64,000 bases of DNA from an uncultured Verrucomicrobiae bacterium (lineage in GTDB: Bacteria > Verrucomicrobiota > Verrucomicrobiia > Limisphaerales > Palsa-1400): NCBI GenBank assembly GCA_963707025.1, contig CAVPOM010000018.1:160001-224000 (forward strand), given 5' to 3'. Numbering within the stretch: position 1 is the stretch's first letter; every line of letters begins with the position of its first letter. This document shows, in pieces, positions 1 through 9,165 of this stretch. Made by a program: the position numbers and the translations under genes. Under the pieces are notes generated by a model. It did no database searches, was not told where the DNA came from, and saw only the letters and a program-made list of their open reading frames with translations.

Positions 1-1
1 A

Positions 2-67
2 ACCCTGGCCGATCCGGCGCAGGTGGAAGAAGAAATCCGGGCCTTGTTCAGCGCCTTTGCCGGGTAA
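2..67 (+). CDS. 3' end of a gene entering from the left, probably an ECF-type RNA polymerase sigma factor (partial)
   Basis: Frame reads TLADPAQVEEEIRALFSAFAG*, resembling the C-terminal helix of Verrucomicrobia/Planctomycetes ECF sigma factors; only 21 codons visible. Confidence 0.55.
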   Translation, partial: TLADPAQVEEEIRALFSAFAG

Positions 68-91
68 GCCCTCCGCCCTTCCTTGTTTCCC

Positions 92-175
92 AATCCTAAT
101 CTTAATCCTAATCTTAATCTTAATCTCCTTCCTCGTGCAGCCGGGGAGAGATTAAGATTACGATTCAGATGAGGA
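92..175. repeat. (TAATCY)n hexamer-repeat palindrome, copy 1
   Basis: AATCCT/AATCTT tandem units at 92-126 and a degenerate inverted arm AGATTAAGATTACGATTCAGAT at 149-170. Confidence 0.85.
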
Positions 176-210
176 CCTCCTTTGCCCAAAAAAGTGAACC
201 CCTCACGCCC

Positions 211-394
211 AGGGGCGTATCTTGACACTGCTACCGGCGTCAGGCGCAAGAACGCGCCAGGAGTGCGCCCGTCCTCGGGCGCAGCAGCGTGGGAAACACG
301 GCGCGGCGGTGATTTTCCTGAGCACCCACACAATCCCTGGCTTGCTGCGGCCGGGGACGGCCGCACTCCGCCGGCCGCAGTGTCAAGATGCGCC
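211..394. mobile_element. MITE-like element (18-bp TIR) enclosing a REP pair, flanked by an 8-9 bp direct repeat
   Basis: GGCGTATCTTGACACTGC (214-231) vs GCAGTGTCAAGATGCGCC (377-394), 17/18 inverted; TCACGCCC at 203-210 and 395-402; inner inverted pair 260-286 / 343-369. Confidence 0.7.
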
Positions 395-422
395 TCACGC
401 CCGGGATGCCGCCACAAGCATT

Positions 423-450
423 TTGACAGGGGCGCGAAATTGGATATATT
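423..450 (+). promoter_or_regulatory. sigma70-type promoter
   Basis: TTGACA-16 nt-TATATT, ending 19 nt before the ATG at 470. Confidence 0.6.
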
Positions 451-469
451 CTCTAAACAAAGCGCGTCC

Positions 470-2314
470 ATGAAATCGCTCCATCGCTGCGGCATTGGGT
501 TGTTGGCGTTCCAGATGGGCCTGGCCTCGCTCTGCGCCCGGCAGATTCTGCTGCAGCCGCAGGGGCGCGGCGCCACCATCGTCAACAACATCTCCAACCT
601 GCGCGTCGGCCGGCAATCCGCCGACGGCACCGAATTGGAGCTGACCATGGAGGTGACCTACGATGGCTTGCGCGGCCCGACGGTGCGCATTGTCCCGATT
701 ATCTCCGACCGAAAGAAAGCGGAGGTCTCGCATTGGTTCGGGGCGGAAACCAAGGTGGTCGGCCAAGGCAAAGGCACCATCTCGCTCAAAGTAAAGTTTT
801 TCAACGACGAACCGGGTGTCCCGCCCGAGCTGACCACCGACCGCATCCGCCTCATCATGCTCAGCGACAGCGGCAACAGCGTGGTGAGCGAGAGCCCTGT
901 CCTCAAAACCATCAAATGGGGAAACCCGAACATCAAACCGGTCCCGTTGGAGCGCTCCGCCCCCGTAGCCGCGGATGAGGCCAAGGCCGCGCAACTTGCG
1001 GCCCAGAACAAGCAGGCGGCCCAACGCGCCCAGGCCGAAGCCGAAAAGCGGGCCAAGGATTTGGAGCGATTGCAGGCCCAAGCCGAGCAAAAAGCGCGCG
1101 ACGCCGCCCAACTCAAGGAACAAGCCGAGCGCTTGCGGGTGGACGCGGAAAACAGGCGGATCGCCGAGGAAAAGCGCCAGGCTGAAATCCAGCGCCAAGC
1201 CGATGAAAAAGCCAAAGCGGAGGATGCGCAACGCCAGGCCGAAATCAAGCGTCAAGCCGAGGAACAGGCCAAAGCGGAGGATGCGCAGCGCCAGGCCGAC
1301 ATCCAGCGTCTGGCAGAGGAAAAGGCCAAAGCGGATCTGGAGGAAAAGCGCCTCGCTGATGTAAAAGCCAAGGCGGATGCGGACTTGGCCCGTGCGCAGG
1401 AGGAGGCGGCGGCGCAGGCCAGGGAAGCCGAGCGATTGAAGGTGGAAGTCGCCGCCGAAAAAGCGGCTGAAGCAAAACATCTGGCCGAGGAAAGAACCAG
1501 GGCCGAGGCCGCCGCCAGAATCGCCGGCATCACCCCCTCCACCTCCTCCCGGAGCGCGGCCTTCGTCCTCTCCAAAACGGCCCGGACCAAGGTCAGCAAT
1601 GTGGATGTCGTCAACCGCAGCCTGGATCGCAGCGAAATGACCATCGAGGTCAAATACGACTACAAAGCCGAGGACGGCCTGGGCCTGATGGGGGTTGACG
1701 TTGCCAGCGCCGACGACGCGGCCGCCAGCACTTACTTCACCAGCCCCGCCGCGACCGTTGGCAAAAGCAGCCGCTCATTCCTCCTGTTCCCCGTCAAGTT
1801 CAATCCCTCCTCCGAAGCCATCCCCAAAAGCGGGTCCTTCGGCACCAACAAAGTCTGGGTTTATCTGGCGGGGCCGAACGGTGAAAAGACTTACATCTCC
1901 AGCGCGACCATGCTGCTGGTATGGCATCCTCCGCGAGCTGCCGCCGCCGCCGCGCCCGCCGCCGCCGCCCCCGCCGTCTCCGGGAGCACGGCCCGGATTG
2001 GAGATGTCACACAGAACAACGCCTTCAGCGGTTCGGCGGTGGTTCATTACAACCTGGGCGTTGACTCCGGCCGAATCCATGCCCGCCTTTACGATTCCGC
2101 CAACCCGGAGAGCGCCGGCTGGTTCGATTCCGAGGATGTCCCCATCAAATCCGGCCCGGGCATCAGTTTGGTCAATTTCAGGGTTCGGGCGCTCTCGCCA
2201 GGCCCTGCCATCTTCAGCGCCGACACCATTGAAATCACCCTCCTGGATGAGCAGAACAAAGTGCTGGCCACCGTCCAGACCAAATCCGACCTGAGCTGGG
2301 CCAAGCCCAAATGA
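470..2314 (+). CDS. Secreted protein with three homologous beta-rich (Ig-like) domains and a TolA-like charged coiled coil
   Basis: Signal peptide MKSLHRCGIGLLAFQMGLASLCA; A/E/K/Q-rich stalk with 19-aa repeats; three ~115-aa domains each ending in a conserved Trp; start set at ATG 470 because the upstream extension is repeat DNA. Confidence 0.75.
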   Translation: MKSLHRCGIGLLAFQMGLASLCARQILLQPQGRGATIVNNISNLRVGRQSADGTELELTMEVTYDGLRGPTVRIVPIISDRKKAEVSHWFGAETKVVGQGKGTISLKVKFFNDEPGVPPELTTDRIRLIMLSDSGNSVVSESPVLKTIKWGNPNIKPVPLERSAPVAADEAKAAQLAAQNKQAAQRAQAEAEKRAKDLERLQAQAEQKARDAAQLKEQAERLRVDAENRRIAEEKRQAEIQRQADEKAKAEDAQRQAEIKRQAEEQAKAEDAQRQADIQRLAEEKAKADLEEKRLADVKAKADADLARAQEEAAAQAREAERLKVEVAAEKAAEAKHLAEERTRAEAAARIAGITPSTSSRSAAFVLSKTARTKVSNVDVVNRSLDRSEMTIEVKYDYKAEDGLGLMGVDVASADDAAASTYFTSPAATVGKSSRSFLLFPVKFNPSSEAIPKSGSFGTNKVWVYLAGPNGEKTYISSATMLLVWHPPRAAAAAAPAAAAPAVSGSTARIGDVTQNNAFSGSAVVHYNLGVDSGRIHARLYDSANPESAGWFDSEDVPIKSGPGISLVNFRVRALSPGPAIFSADTIEITLLDEQNKVLATVQTKSDLSWAKPK

Positions 2315-2323
2315 GGCCGGCGG

Positions 2324-3355
2324 TCAGGGCCGGGTGCGGACCCGCGTTTTGACGGCGCGATTGCCGGCGCTCATGCGGCGAAAAAGTTCCGGCAAGTCCG
2401 CCAGCGCACACTCGCCCGTCACAAAGTCCCGCGCCGAAACCACCCCCGTCTCAATCAGCTCCAGGGCGCGCCGCATGGCTCTGGGCGTGTGGTGAAAACT
2501 GGACAGCACGGTCAGACTGGAATAATGGAGCAATTCGGTGTCCAGCGTCACCTTGGTCCCCGCCGGGCAGCCGCCGAAGAGATTGACCTTGCCGCCTTTG
2601 CGCGCCAGCCGCAGGGCCGCTTCCCAGGTCTCCGGTTTGCCCACCGCTTCGATCACCAGGTCGAAGCCGCCGCCGCCGCACGCGCTTTTCACTGCCGCCG
2701 CCAGGTCGTGCCGCCCCGTCATGTCAACAATTGCCGCCCCCAGTTTGGCCGCCGCCGCCAGCCGCTCCGCTCCCCGTCCGGCCAGGGTGACGGCGCATTG
2801 CCCGTGCCGGGCCAGCGCGGCGAACATCAACCCAATCGGCCCGCCCCCGATCACCAGCGCCCGCTGGCCGGGGCGCGGCTGCAACTCCTCCCAGCCCAGC
2901 GCCACGCAGGCCAGCGGCTCGGTCAGCGCGGCGTCGGCGAAGGCGGTCCCCGGCTTGAGCCGCAGGAGATTTTTCCGGACGATGCGCGCCGGGATGACCA
3001 CCGATTCGGCGTAAGCGCCATTGAGGAAAAGCAAATCGTCGCAAAGATTTTCCCGCCCGTCCTGGCAAGGGCGGCAGTGGCCGCACGGCGCGGAATTGCC
3101 CGCCGCCACCGCCTCGCCCGCCCGCCAGTCCGTCACCCCCGGGCCCAGTTCGGCAATGCGCCCGGCCAGCTCGTGTCCAAAGACCGCCGGCGGGGAGATC
3201 ATTTTCGCATGATAACCGCGTTTGAAAACCTTCAAGTCCGTCCCGCAAGTCAGGGCCGCCTCGATGGCCACGCGCACCTCGCCCGCCTGGAGGGGTTGCG
3301 CCGGGAGATCCGCCACCCGCAAATCTTCCCGGCCGTGCAGCACCACGGCTTTCAT
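2324..3355 (-). CDS. Zinc-dependent alcohol/sugar-alcohol dehydrogenase (MDR family)
   Basis: CGTD and GHE catalytic Zn motifs, CxxCxxC-x7-C structural Zn, GGGPIG Rossmann motif. Confidence 0.92.
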   Translation of the reverse strand: MKAVVLHGREDLRVADLPAQPLQAGEVRVAIEAALTCGTDLKVFKRGYHAKMISPPAVFGHELAGRIAELGPGVTDWRAGEAVAAGNSAPCGHCRPCQDGRENLCDDLLFLNGAYAESVVIPARIVRKNLLRLKPGTAFADAALTEPLACVALGWEELQPRPGQRALVIGGGPIGLMFAALARHGQCAVTLAGRGAERLAAAAKLGAAIVDMTGRHDLAAAVKSACGGGGFDLVIEAVGKPETWEAALRLARKGGKVNLFGGCPAGTKVTLDTELLHYSSLTVLSSFHHTPRAMRRALELIETGVVSARDFVTGECALADLPELFRRMSAGNRAVKTRVRTRP

Positions 3356-3407
3356 GCGCGCACCCCCGGGCGGAGCGGCGGCGGGAGCCGGGGTGAAAGA
3401 GAGTCAA

Positions 3408-4376
3408 TCATAATTTGTCGCCCGCCGTTTTCGCCACGATCTCCCGCAGGCCGGTGGCCGGGCGAAATCCGGTGCAGGCCGCCAGCTTGTCCAAAACCGG
3501 TTTGCGCCGGAGCATGTCCTCAAACCCCGGCGCGTAGGCCTGCGCGTAGGGCACCAGCTCGATGGGCGAGGCCGACCGCATAATCCCGATCACCAGCTCG
3601 GCCAGGCCCCGGATGCTGATCTCCTCCGAGCTGCCGACGTTGCAGACCTGGCCGCGCGCGGCGGGGCAGTTTTGCAGCCGCACCAGCGCCTCAACGGTGT
3701 CAAGCACATAGCAAAAACAGCGCGTCTGCCGCCCGTCCCCATAGACCCGCAGCGGCTCCCCCCGCCGCGCCGCCTCCACAAAGCGGGGCAGCACCATGCC
3801 GTATCGTCCGGTCTGGCGCGGCCCGACGGTGTTGAACAGCCGGGCGATGACCACCGGCGTTTGCCGTTCCCGGGCGTGGGCCAGCGCCAGGAATTCATCC
3901 ATCAATTTGGAACAGGCGTAACCCCACCGGCTCAGATGGGGCGGCCCGATCAGCAGATCGTCCTCCTCCGCGAAGGCCGCCCGCTGGCTCTTGCCATAGA
4001 CCTCCGAGGTGGACGCCAGCAAAAAGGGGGTGCCGTGCGCGCTGGCCGCGTCCAGCATCGCCTGCGTCTCGCGCAAATTGGTTTCGATGGTGGCCAGCCC
4101 GGAATTCATGACCAGCTCCACCCCGACCGCCGCCGCCAGATGATAAACGGACTCCGCCACCGCCGCGATGGCGCCCAGATCGGGGCAATGGGAGATTTTG
4201 GACACGATGACATTGAGCCTGGGGTGCGCCTTGACCGCCTGCAAATTCTCCAGCCGGCCGGTCGAACAATCATCAATCACTGTTACCGCTTTGCCGTCCG
4301 CCAGCAGCCGTTCGACCAGATGCGACCCGATAAACCCCGCGCCGCCCGTCACCAAAATGTGATTGCTGCCAGTCAT
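3408..4376 (-). CDS. NAD-dependent nucleotide-sugar epimerase/dehydratase (extended SDR)
   Basis: TGGAGFIGSHL, STSEVYG, YxxxK (YACSK), RLFNTVGPRQ. Confidence 0.92.
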   Translation of the reverse strand: MTGSNHILVTGGAGFIGSHLVERLLADGKAVTVIDDCSTGRLENLQAVKAHPRLNVIVSKISHCPDLGAIAAVAESVYHLAAAVGVELVMNSGLATIETNLRETQAMLDAASAHGTPFLLASTSEVYGKSQRAAFAEEDDLLIGPPHLSRWGYACSKLMDEFLALAHARERQTPVVIARLFNTVGPRQTGRYGMVLPRFVEAARRGEPLRVYGDGRQTRCFCYVLDTVEALVRLQNCPAARGQVCNVGSSEEISIRGLAELVIGIMRSASPIELVPYAQAYAPGFEDMLRRKPVLDKLAACTGFRPATGLREIVAKTAGDKL

Positions 4377-4599
4377 GGAGTTCTATTCTGCGGGAGAACC
4401 TCCCCGACACAAGCCCGAACGGGCCACGCCGAAGGAACAGGAGATGGACACGATTTTTCCGCGGAGGTCTGTCGAGCCGCGGCAAGGGCGCCTGGAAACG
4501 AAGACTGACCGGCGAGGACGCCGGTCAGCACACGCGAGGGCGCGTATGCTCCCCCCGCCGTTCCGGCGGCGCGAAGTTGGCATTGAAGTTGGGACGGGG

Positions 4600-6339
4600 A
4601 TGGGTAAATTGGCGGGCGTGAATGGTGAAAGCCCGCTGTTGCTGTTGCTGCGCGTCAATCTGCTCCACTCCTGGCGGCGGCTGAAATCCGTTCACAAAAC
4701 CTCCGGGGTCATGGCGCTGGCGGTGGGATCGTTCGTCGTGGGCTACCAGGCGCTGGCCTTTCTGCTGTTCTCGCGCGGATTCAAATTTGTCAACAATTTT
4801 TCGGCGCTGGGGGCGCTGTTGCTGGAGCGGCTGTTTTTTTTGCTGTTCGCCTTTCTGCTGGTGATGCTGCTGTTCAGCAATCTGGTCATCGGCTACGGCA
4901 ATTTCTTCCGCAACCGGGAGACGCAGTATCTGTTCAGCCTGCCCATCCCGGCCCGGGTGGTCTTTCAATGGAAATTCATCGAGACCACCGTGCTGGCTTC
5001 GTGGGCCTTTCTGTTTCTGATCGCGCCGCTGCTGGCGGCATACGGGCTGACGCGGGGCGTGCCGTGGTATTATTACGTGATGACGGGTGTGTCCCTGGGT
5101 TTGTTCATCGTGCTGCCGGGTGTGGCGGGGGCGTGGGTGGCGCTGGTGTTGGCGCGTTATCTGGACCGGCGCGCCTTTCAAGTGCTGGCCCTGCTGGCGC
5201 TGCTGGTGTTGCTGCCGCTGCTGGCCGTCTGGTTCCGTCCGCAAGCGCTGCCGGACAATCCGGTGGATACGCGGGTCCTGTCCAATCTGGACAAGCTGCT
5301 GACGCGGACGCGTTTTGCGGAATGGCCCTGGCTGCCGAGTTTCTGGCTGTCCACCAGCATGTTACAGTGGGCGGAAGGGGCGCTGGCGTCGGCCGGATTC
5401 TTTTTGCTGGTGCTGCTGAGCCATGTTTTGTTTTTTGGCTGCATCTCCTTTACTTGCGCCGGGAAGCTTTTCTATGAGTCGTTCTCCATGGTGCAAAGCC
5501 GGGAGAGCATCTTCCTGCGCTGGGGCTGGTTCCAAAAATGGCGGGAGCGCAACCGCCGGTTCGACTATGGCATCGGGGCGGCGGAAAGAGCGTTCCGTTT
5601 TTTATTCCATCCGCCGTGCGACGCGCTGGCCTTGCTGGTCAAGGATGCGCGCATGTTCTGGCGGGACACGGCGCAATGGGGCCAGACGCTGGTGCTGCTG
5701 GGATTGCTGGGCGTTTACGTGATCAACCTGCGCCATTTTTCCGAGCAATTGACCAATCCGTTTTGGGTGCATCTGGTGTGTTATTTGAACCTGGGGGCGT
5801 GCGCGCTGAATCTGGCGACGCTGACCACGCGGTTTGTTTATCCCCAGTTTTCCATGGAAGGCAGACGGCTCTGGATTGTCGGCCTGGCGCCGCTGGGCCT
5901 GGTGCAGGTGTTGCGGATCAAATTCTGGCTGGCCAGCCGGGCCGCCCTTGTGGTCAGCCTGGGTCTGATTGTCCTTTCCTGCCGCATGTTGCGCATTCCT
6001 TTTGACCGCACGGTTTATCTGGGCCTGATCATAGGGACGATGACGCTGACCCTGACCGCGCTGGCCACGGGATTGGGGGCGCTGTTTCCCAATTTTCGCG
6101 AGGAAAATCCGGCGAAAATCGTCAGCGGTTTCGGCGGCACGCTTTGTTTGCTGGCCAGTTTTCTTTACATTGTCGGCTCGGTCGCGCTGCTGGCCATGGG
6201 TTCGCCGTGGGGCTGGCACGGGGAAACTTCGGTCGGCTGGATTCTGGCGGGCTGGGCGGGCTTCGCCGCGCTGTCCGTGGCGGTGGGCTGGATGCCGTTT
6301 CGCCTGGGGCTGCAGCGTGTGGAAGAATTTGAGCTTTAG
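4600..6339 (+). CDS. Putative ABC transporter permease (multi-pass, ABC-2 type)
   Basis: About 14 hydrophobic segments; motifs ETQYLFSLPI, LVKDARMFWRD, RFVYPQFSMEG; start uncertain (4600 or GTG 4618). Confidence 0.75.
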   Translation: MGKLAGVNGESPLLLLLRVNLLHSWRRLKSVHKTSGVMALAVGSFVVGYQALAFLLFSRGFKFVNNFSALGALLLERLFFLLFAFLLVMLLFSNLVIGYGNFFRNRETQYLFSLPIPARVVFQWKFIETTVLASWAFLFLIAPLLAAYGLTRGVPWYYYVMTGVSLGLFIVLPGVAGAWVALVLARYLDRRAFQVLALLALLVLLPLLAVWFRPQALPDNPVDTRVLSNLDKLLTRTRFAEWPWLPSFWLSTSMLQWAEGALASAGFFLLVLLSHVLFFGCISFTCAGKLFYESFSMVQSRESIFLRWGWFQKWRERNRRFDYGIGAAERAFRFLFHPPCDALALLVKDARMFWRDTAQWGQTLVLLGLLGVYVINLRHFSEQLTNPFWVHLVCYLNLGACALNLATLTTRFVYPQFSMEGRRLWIVGLAPLGLVQVLRIKFWLASRAALVVSLGLIVLSCRMLRIPFDRTVYLGLIIGTMTLTLTALATGLGALFPNFREENPAKIVSGFGGTLCLLASFLYIVGSVALLAMGSPWGWHGETSVGWILAGWAGFAALSVAVGWMPFRLGLQRVEEFEL

Positions 6340-7076
6340 CGCCGGCTTTCCATCGCCGCTGCCAGCGCGGTGAACAACGCCGCATTGTCCATGCACCGGG
6401 TCAGGGTCATGTCTTTATGGAGCAGGCCAAATCCCTCGTTGAAGTACCCCCGGCCATTGAGGACGCAGGCGTCGGTCTGGTTTTCCTTCATTTGCAACGC
6501 CCCAAGGGTCCACTCACGGACGGCGGGCTTGTTCTGCCGTTCCAACTCATATTTCCAGCCCACCAAAAACGCCTTTGGGAACCAACCGCGCAATTCCGGA
6601 ATGATTTTCGGGGTCGGTTTCAATTCCGCCAGCAGATCTTTGGCGGGCGCCGGTTTTATCGGGGAATTTTTAGCCAGGGCGGCGTATTGCTTTTCCAGAG
6701 GAACATCGTCTTCTCCGCGCGTGGGAATTTTCGCAGATTTGATCTCGCGCAATTCCCCTGTTGGCGCGCGTTCCCAGATTTTGCCGAAGGTGAAATCGCT
6801 CACGGCCGCCGCGTGAAAGACCGCGCCCACGTCCGGCGAGGCCAGGGCGGCCAGGCGCCGGCGCAAATCCTCCGTGGTGGTGAAGGTCTGCTGGCGCTGC
6901 GCTTGGACGGCCGGCGGGCAGGTGGAATAATAGCCGGCCAGCAACTCGATCTGGTGTCCGAGGCCGGCCAGGTAATCGGCCAGGCCGGTGCCGAGGGCGC
7001 CGGTGGAGAAATTGGTCAGTCTCCGCACCTCGTCCAGTTCTTCATAGGTCGGCCCGGCTGTGACAATGCATTTCAT
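6336..7076 (-). CDS. coaB: Stand-alone phosphopantothenate-cysteine ligase (CoaB/DFP domain)
   Basis: IVTAGPTYEELDEVRRLTNFSTG, FHAAAVSDF, LKPTPKII, VGWKYE. Confidence 0.8.
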   Translation of the reverse strand: MKCIVTAGPTYEELDEVRRLTNFSTGALGTGLADYLAGLGHQIELLAGYYSTCPPAVQAQRQQTFTTTEDLRRRLAALASPDVGAVFHAAAVSDFTFGKIWERAPTGELREIKSAKIPTRGEDDVPLEKQYAALAKNSPIKPAPAKDLLAELKPTPKIIPELRGWFPKAFLVGWKYELERQNKPAVREWTLGALQMKENQTDACVLNGRGYFNEGFGLLHKDMTLTRCMDNAALFTALAAAMESRR

Positions 7077-7084
7077 GACTTTAA

Positions 7085-7129
7085 TTGCAGCGTCGGCGCG
7101 GCGCGCCGATTTCGAGCCACAGGCTCGAC
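7085..7129. repeat. REP-like double hairpin (GTAG-type family; relatives at 14678, 27436, 37531)
   Basis: TCGGCGC-GGC-GCGCCGA-type hairpin followed by TCGAGCC-AC-AGGCTCGA hairpin. Confidence 0.65.
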
Positions 7130-7193
7130 ACGACAAACAAGGAGACTAGCAAACTTCTTTGCTCTTTGAACTGCAAACTTTAGACTGGCGGGG

Positions 7194-9092
7194 ATGAGTG
7201 ACATTGTTGGCATTGATTTGGGCACGACCAATTCGTTGATCGCCGGGGTGGATGCGGGCATCCCTTATGTCATCGCCGATGCGGAGGGACAGCGGCTGAC
7301 GCCTTCGGTGGTCCATTTTCCAGGAGGCGGCGCCGCGCCGCTGGTGGGCCGTCCGGCCGCGCGCCTGCGCGTGGCGCATCCGGCGCAAACGGTTTATTCC
7401 ATCAAACGTTTCATGGGGCGGCGCGGGGCGGAAATCCCGCGCGAAGAAATGCTCGTCACCTATGCGGTGCGCGGCGAAGGCGCCGGGCCGGTGACGGTGG
7501 AAATGGCAGGGCGGCGTTATACGCCCGAGGAAATTTCGGCGGAGATTTTGAAGAAGTTGAAAGCCGGCGCCGAAGCCGCCCTGGGCAAAACGATCAGCCG
7601 CGCCGTCATCACCGTGCCCGCCTATTTCAACGACGCGCAGCGCAACGCCACCAAACAAGCCGGCGAGCTGGCCGGTTTTGCCGTCGAACGCGTTCTCAAC
7701 GAGCCGACCGCGGCCGCCCTGGCCTACGGCTTGGGCAACCTGGCCGGGCCCGGCAAAATCGCGGTGTATGATTTGGGCGGCGGGACCTTTGATCTGTCCA
7801 TTTTGGAGATCAACGGCGGCGTTTTTCAGGTGCTGTCCACCAACGGCAACACGCGCCTGGGCGGCGATGATTTGGACAAGCGGCTGCTGGATTTCATCGT
7901 GGAAAAAATCAAGGCGGCTGGCGGCCCGGACGCCAGCGGCGATCTGCCCATGCTCTCCCGCATCCGCGAGACGGCCGAGGCGGTCAAAATCAGCCTGTCC
8001 ACCGCGGAATCCGCCGAGATCGCGCTGCCCTTTCTCACGGCGGATTTTCATTTTCATCGCACCCTGGCGCGGACGGAACTGGAAGACCTGACCGGCGACA
8101 TCATCGGGCGCACGCGCGAGCATTGCCTGCGCTCGCTGTCCGACGCCAAGCTCCGGCCCGCGGACCTGGACCAGGTCATCCTGGTGGGCGGCCAGACGCG
8201 CATGCCGCTGGTCCGCCGGATGGTGGCGGAAATTTTTGGCTGCGCCGAATTCGAGGAAAGCCGCGGGGATCTGCGCCTGGGGGCGGATTACCACCGCTCC
8301 GCCGGGCCGCGGCTGAACACCTCGCAGAATCCCGATGAGGCGGTGGCGCTGGGCGCGGCCATCCAGGCGGGCATTTTGGGCGGGGGCTTCAAGAATATGC
8401 TGCTGCTGGACGTGACCCCGCTGTCGCTGGGCCTGGAAACTTTCGGCGGCCTGATGAACGTCATCATTCCGCGCAACTCGACCATCCCGGTCAAAGCCGG
8501 GGAGCTGTTCACCACCGCGGTGGATTATCAGGCCAGCATGCTAATTCACGTCCTGCAGGGCGAGCGGGAACGGGCCCGAGACAATTGGAGCCTGGGCCGG
8601 TTTGATCTGGAATTCGAGCGCGCGGCCAAGGGGGTCGCACGCGTCGGGGTGCAATTTGAAATTGACGCCAGCGGCCTGCTCCATGTCCTGGCGCGCGACA
8701 CCAAAACGGGCCGGCAGAAGATGGTCGAGATGAAATCCGCCGTGGATGTCGCCGACGCCCAGGTGCAAAAAATGGTGGAGGAATCCGTGGCCCACGCCTG
8801 GGACGACCTGCAGGCGCGGCAATGGATCGAAGCCAAACTGCGCGCCGACGAAACCCTGGCCGCCACCCGCAAGGCTTTGGTGGAATGCGCCGGGGAAATT
8901 GAGGCGGATTACAAAAGCAAAGTGGAAGCCGCCGTGAAAGCCGTGGAAGATCAACTGGCAGTGGAACCAGGCGAACCGGCCGCCCTCAAATCCGCTTTGG
9001 CCTCGCTGGACGAAGTGACCAAGCCGCTGGCCGATTTGCTGATGGACAAAGCGCTGGACGCCATGCTGCGGCAGCGCGGGGTGATTAAATGA
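7194..9092 (+). CDS. Hsp70-family chaperone (HscA/DnaK-like paralog)
   Basis: GIDLGTTNS, TVPAYFND, NEPTAAALAYG, DLGGGTFD, LVGGQTRMP, NPDEAVALGAA. Confidence 0.93.
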   Translation: MSDIVGIDLGTTNSLIAGVDAGIPYVIADAEGQRLTPSVVHFPGGGAAPLVGRPAARLRVAHPAQTVYSIKRFMGRRGAEIPREEMLVTYAVRGEGAGPVTVEMAGRRYTPEEISAEILKKLKAGAEAALGKTISRAVITVPAYFNDAQRNATKQAGELAGFAVERVLNEPTAAALAYGLGNLAGPGKIAVYDLGGGTFDLSILEINGGVFQVLSTNGNTRLGGDDLDKRLLDFIVEKIKAAGGPDASGDLPMLSRIRETAEAVKISLSTAESAEIALPFLTADFHFHRTLARTELEDLTGDIIGRTREHCLRSLSDAKLRPADLDQVILVGGQTRMPLVRRMVAEIFGCAEFEESRGDLRLGADYHRSAGPRLNTSQNPDEAVALGAAIQAGILGGGFKNMLLLDVTPLSLGLETFGGLMNVIIPRNSTIPVKAGELFTTAVDYQASMLIHVLQGERERARDNWSLGRFDLEFERAAKGVARVGVQFEIDASGLLHVLARDTKTGRQKMVEMKSAVDVADAQVQKMVEESVAHAWDDLQARQWIEAKLRADETLAATRKALVECAGEIEADYKSKVEAAVKAVEDQLAVEPGEPAALKSALASLDEVTKPLADLLMDKALDAMLRQRGVIK

Positions 9093-9165
9093 TTGTCGGG
9101 CAGATTACAAAACTGTCATGTTTCGGTCATTGTTTGTTCCGGCCCGCCGGCCAGAATGTTTGCCT

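Noticed and set aside
182..469. N-terminal extension of the first ORF
   Set aside because: Runs through MITE/REP DNA and a promoter; the signal peptide starts at 470
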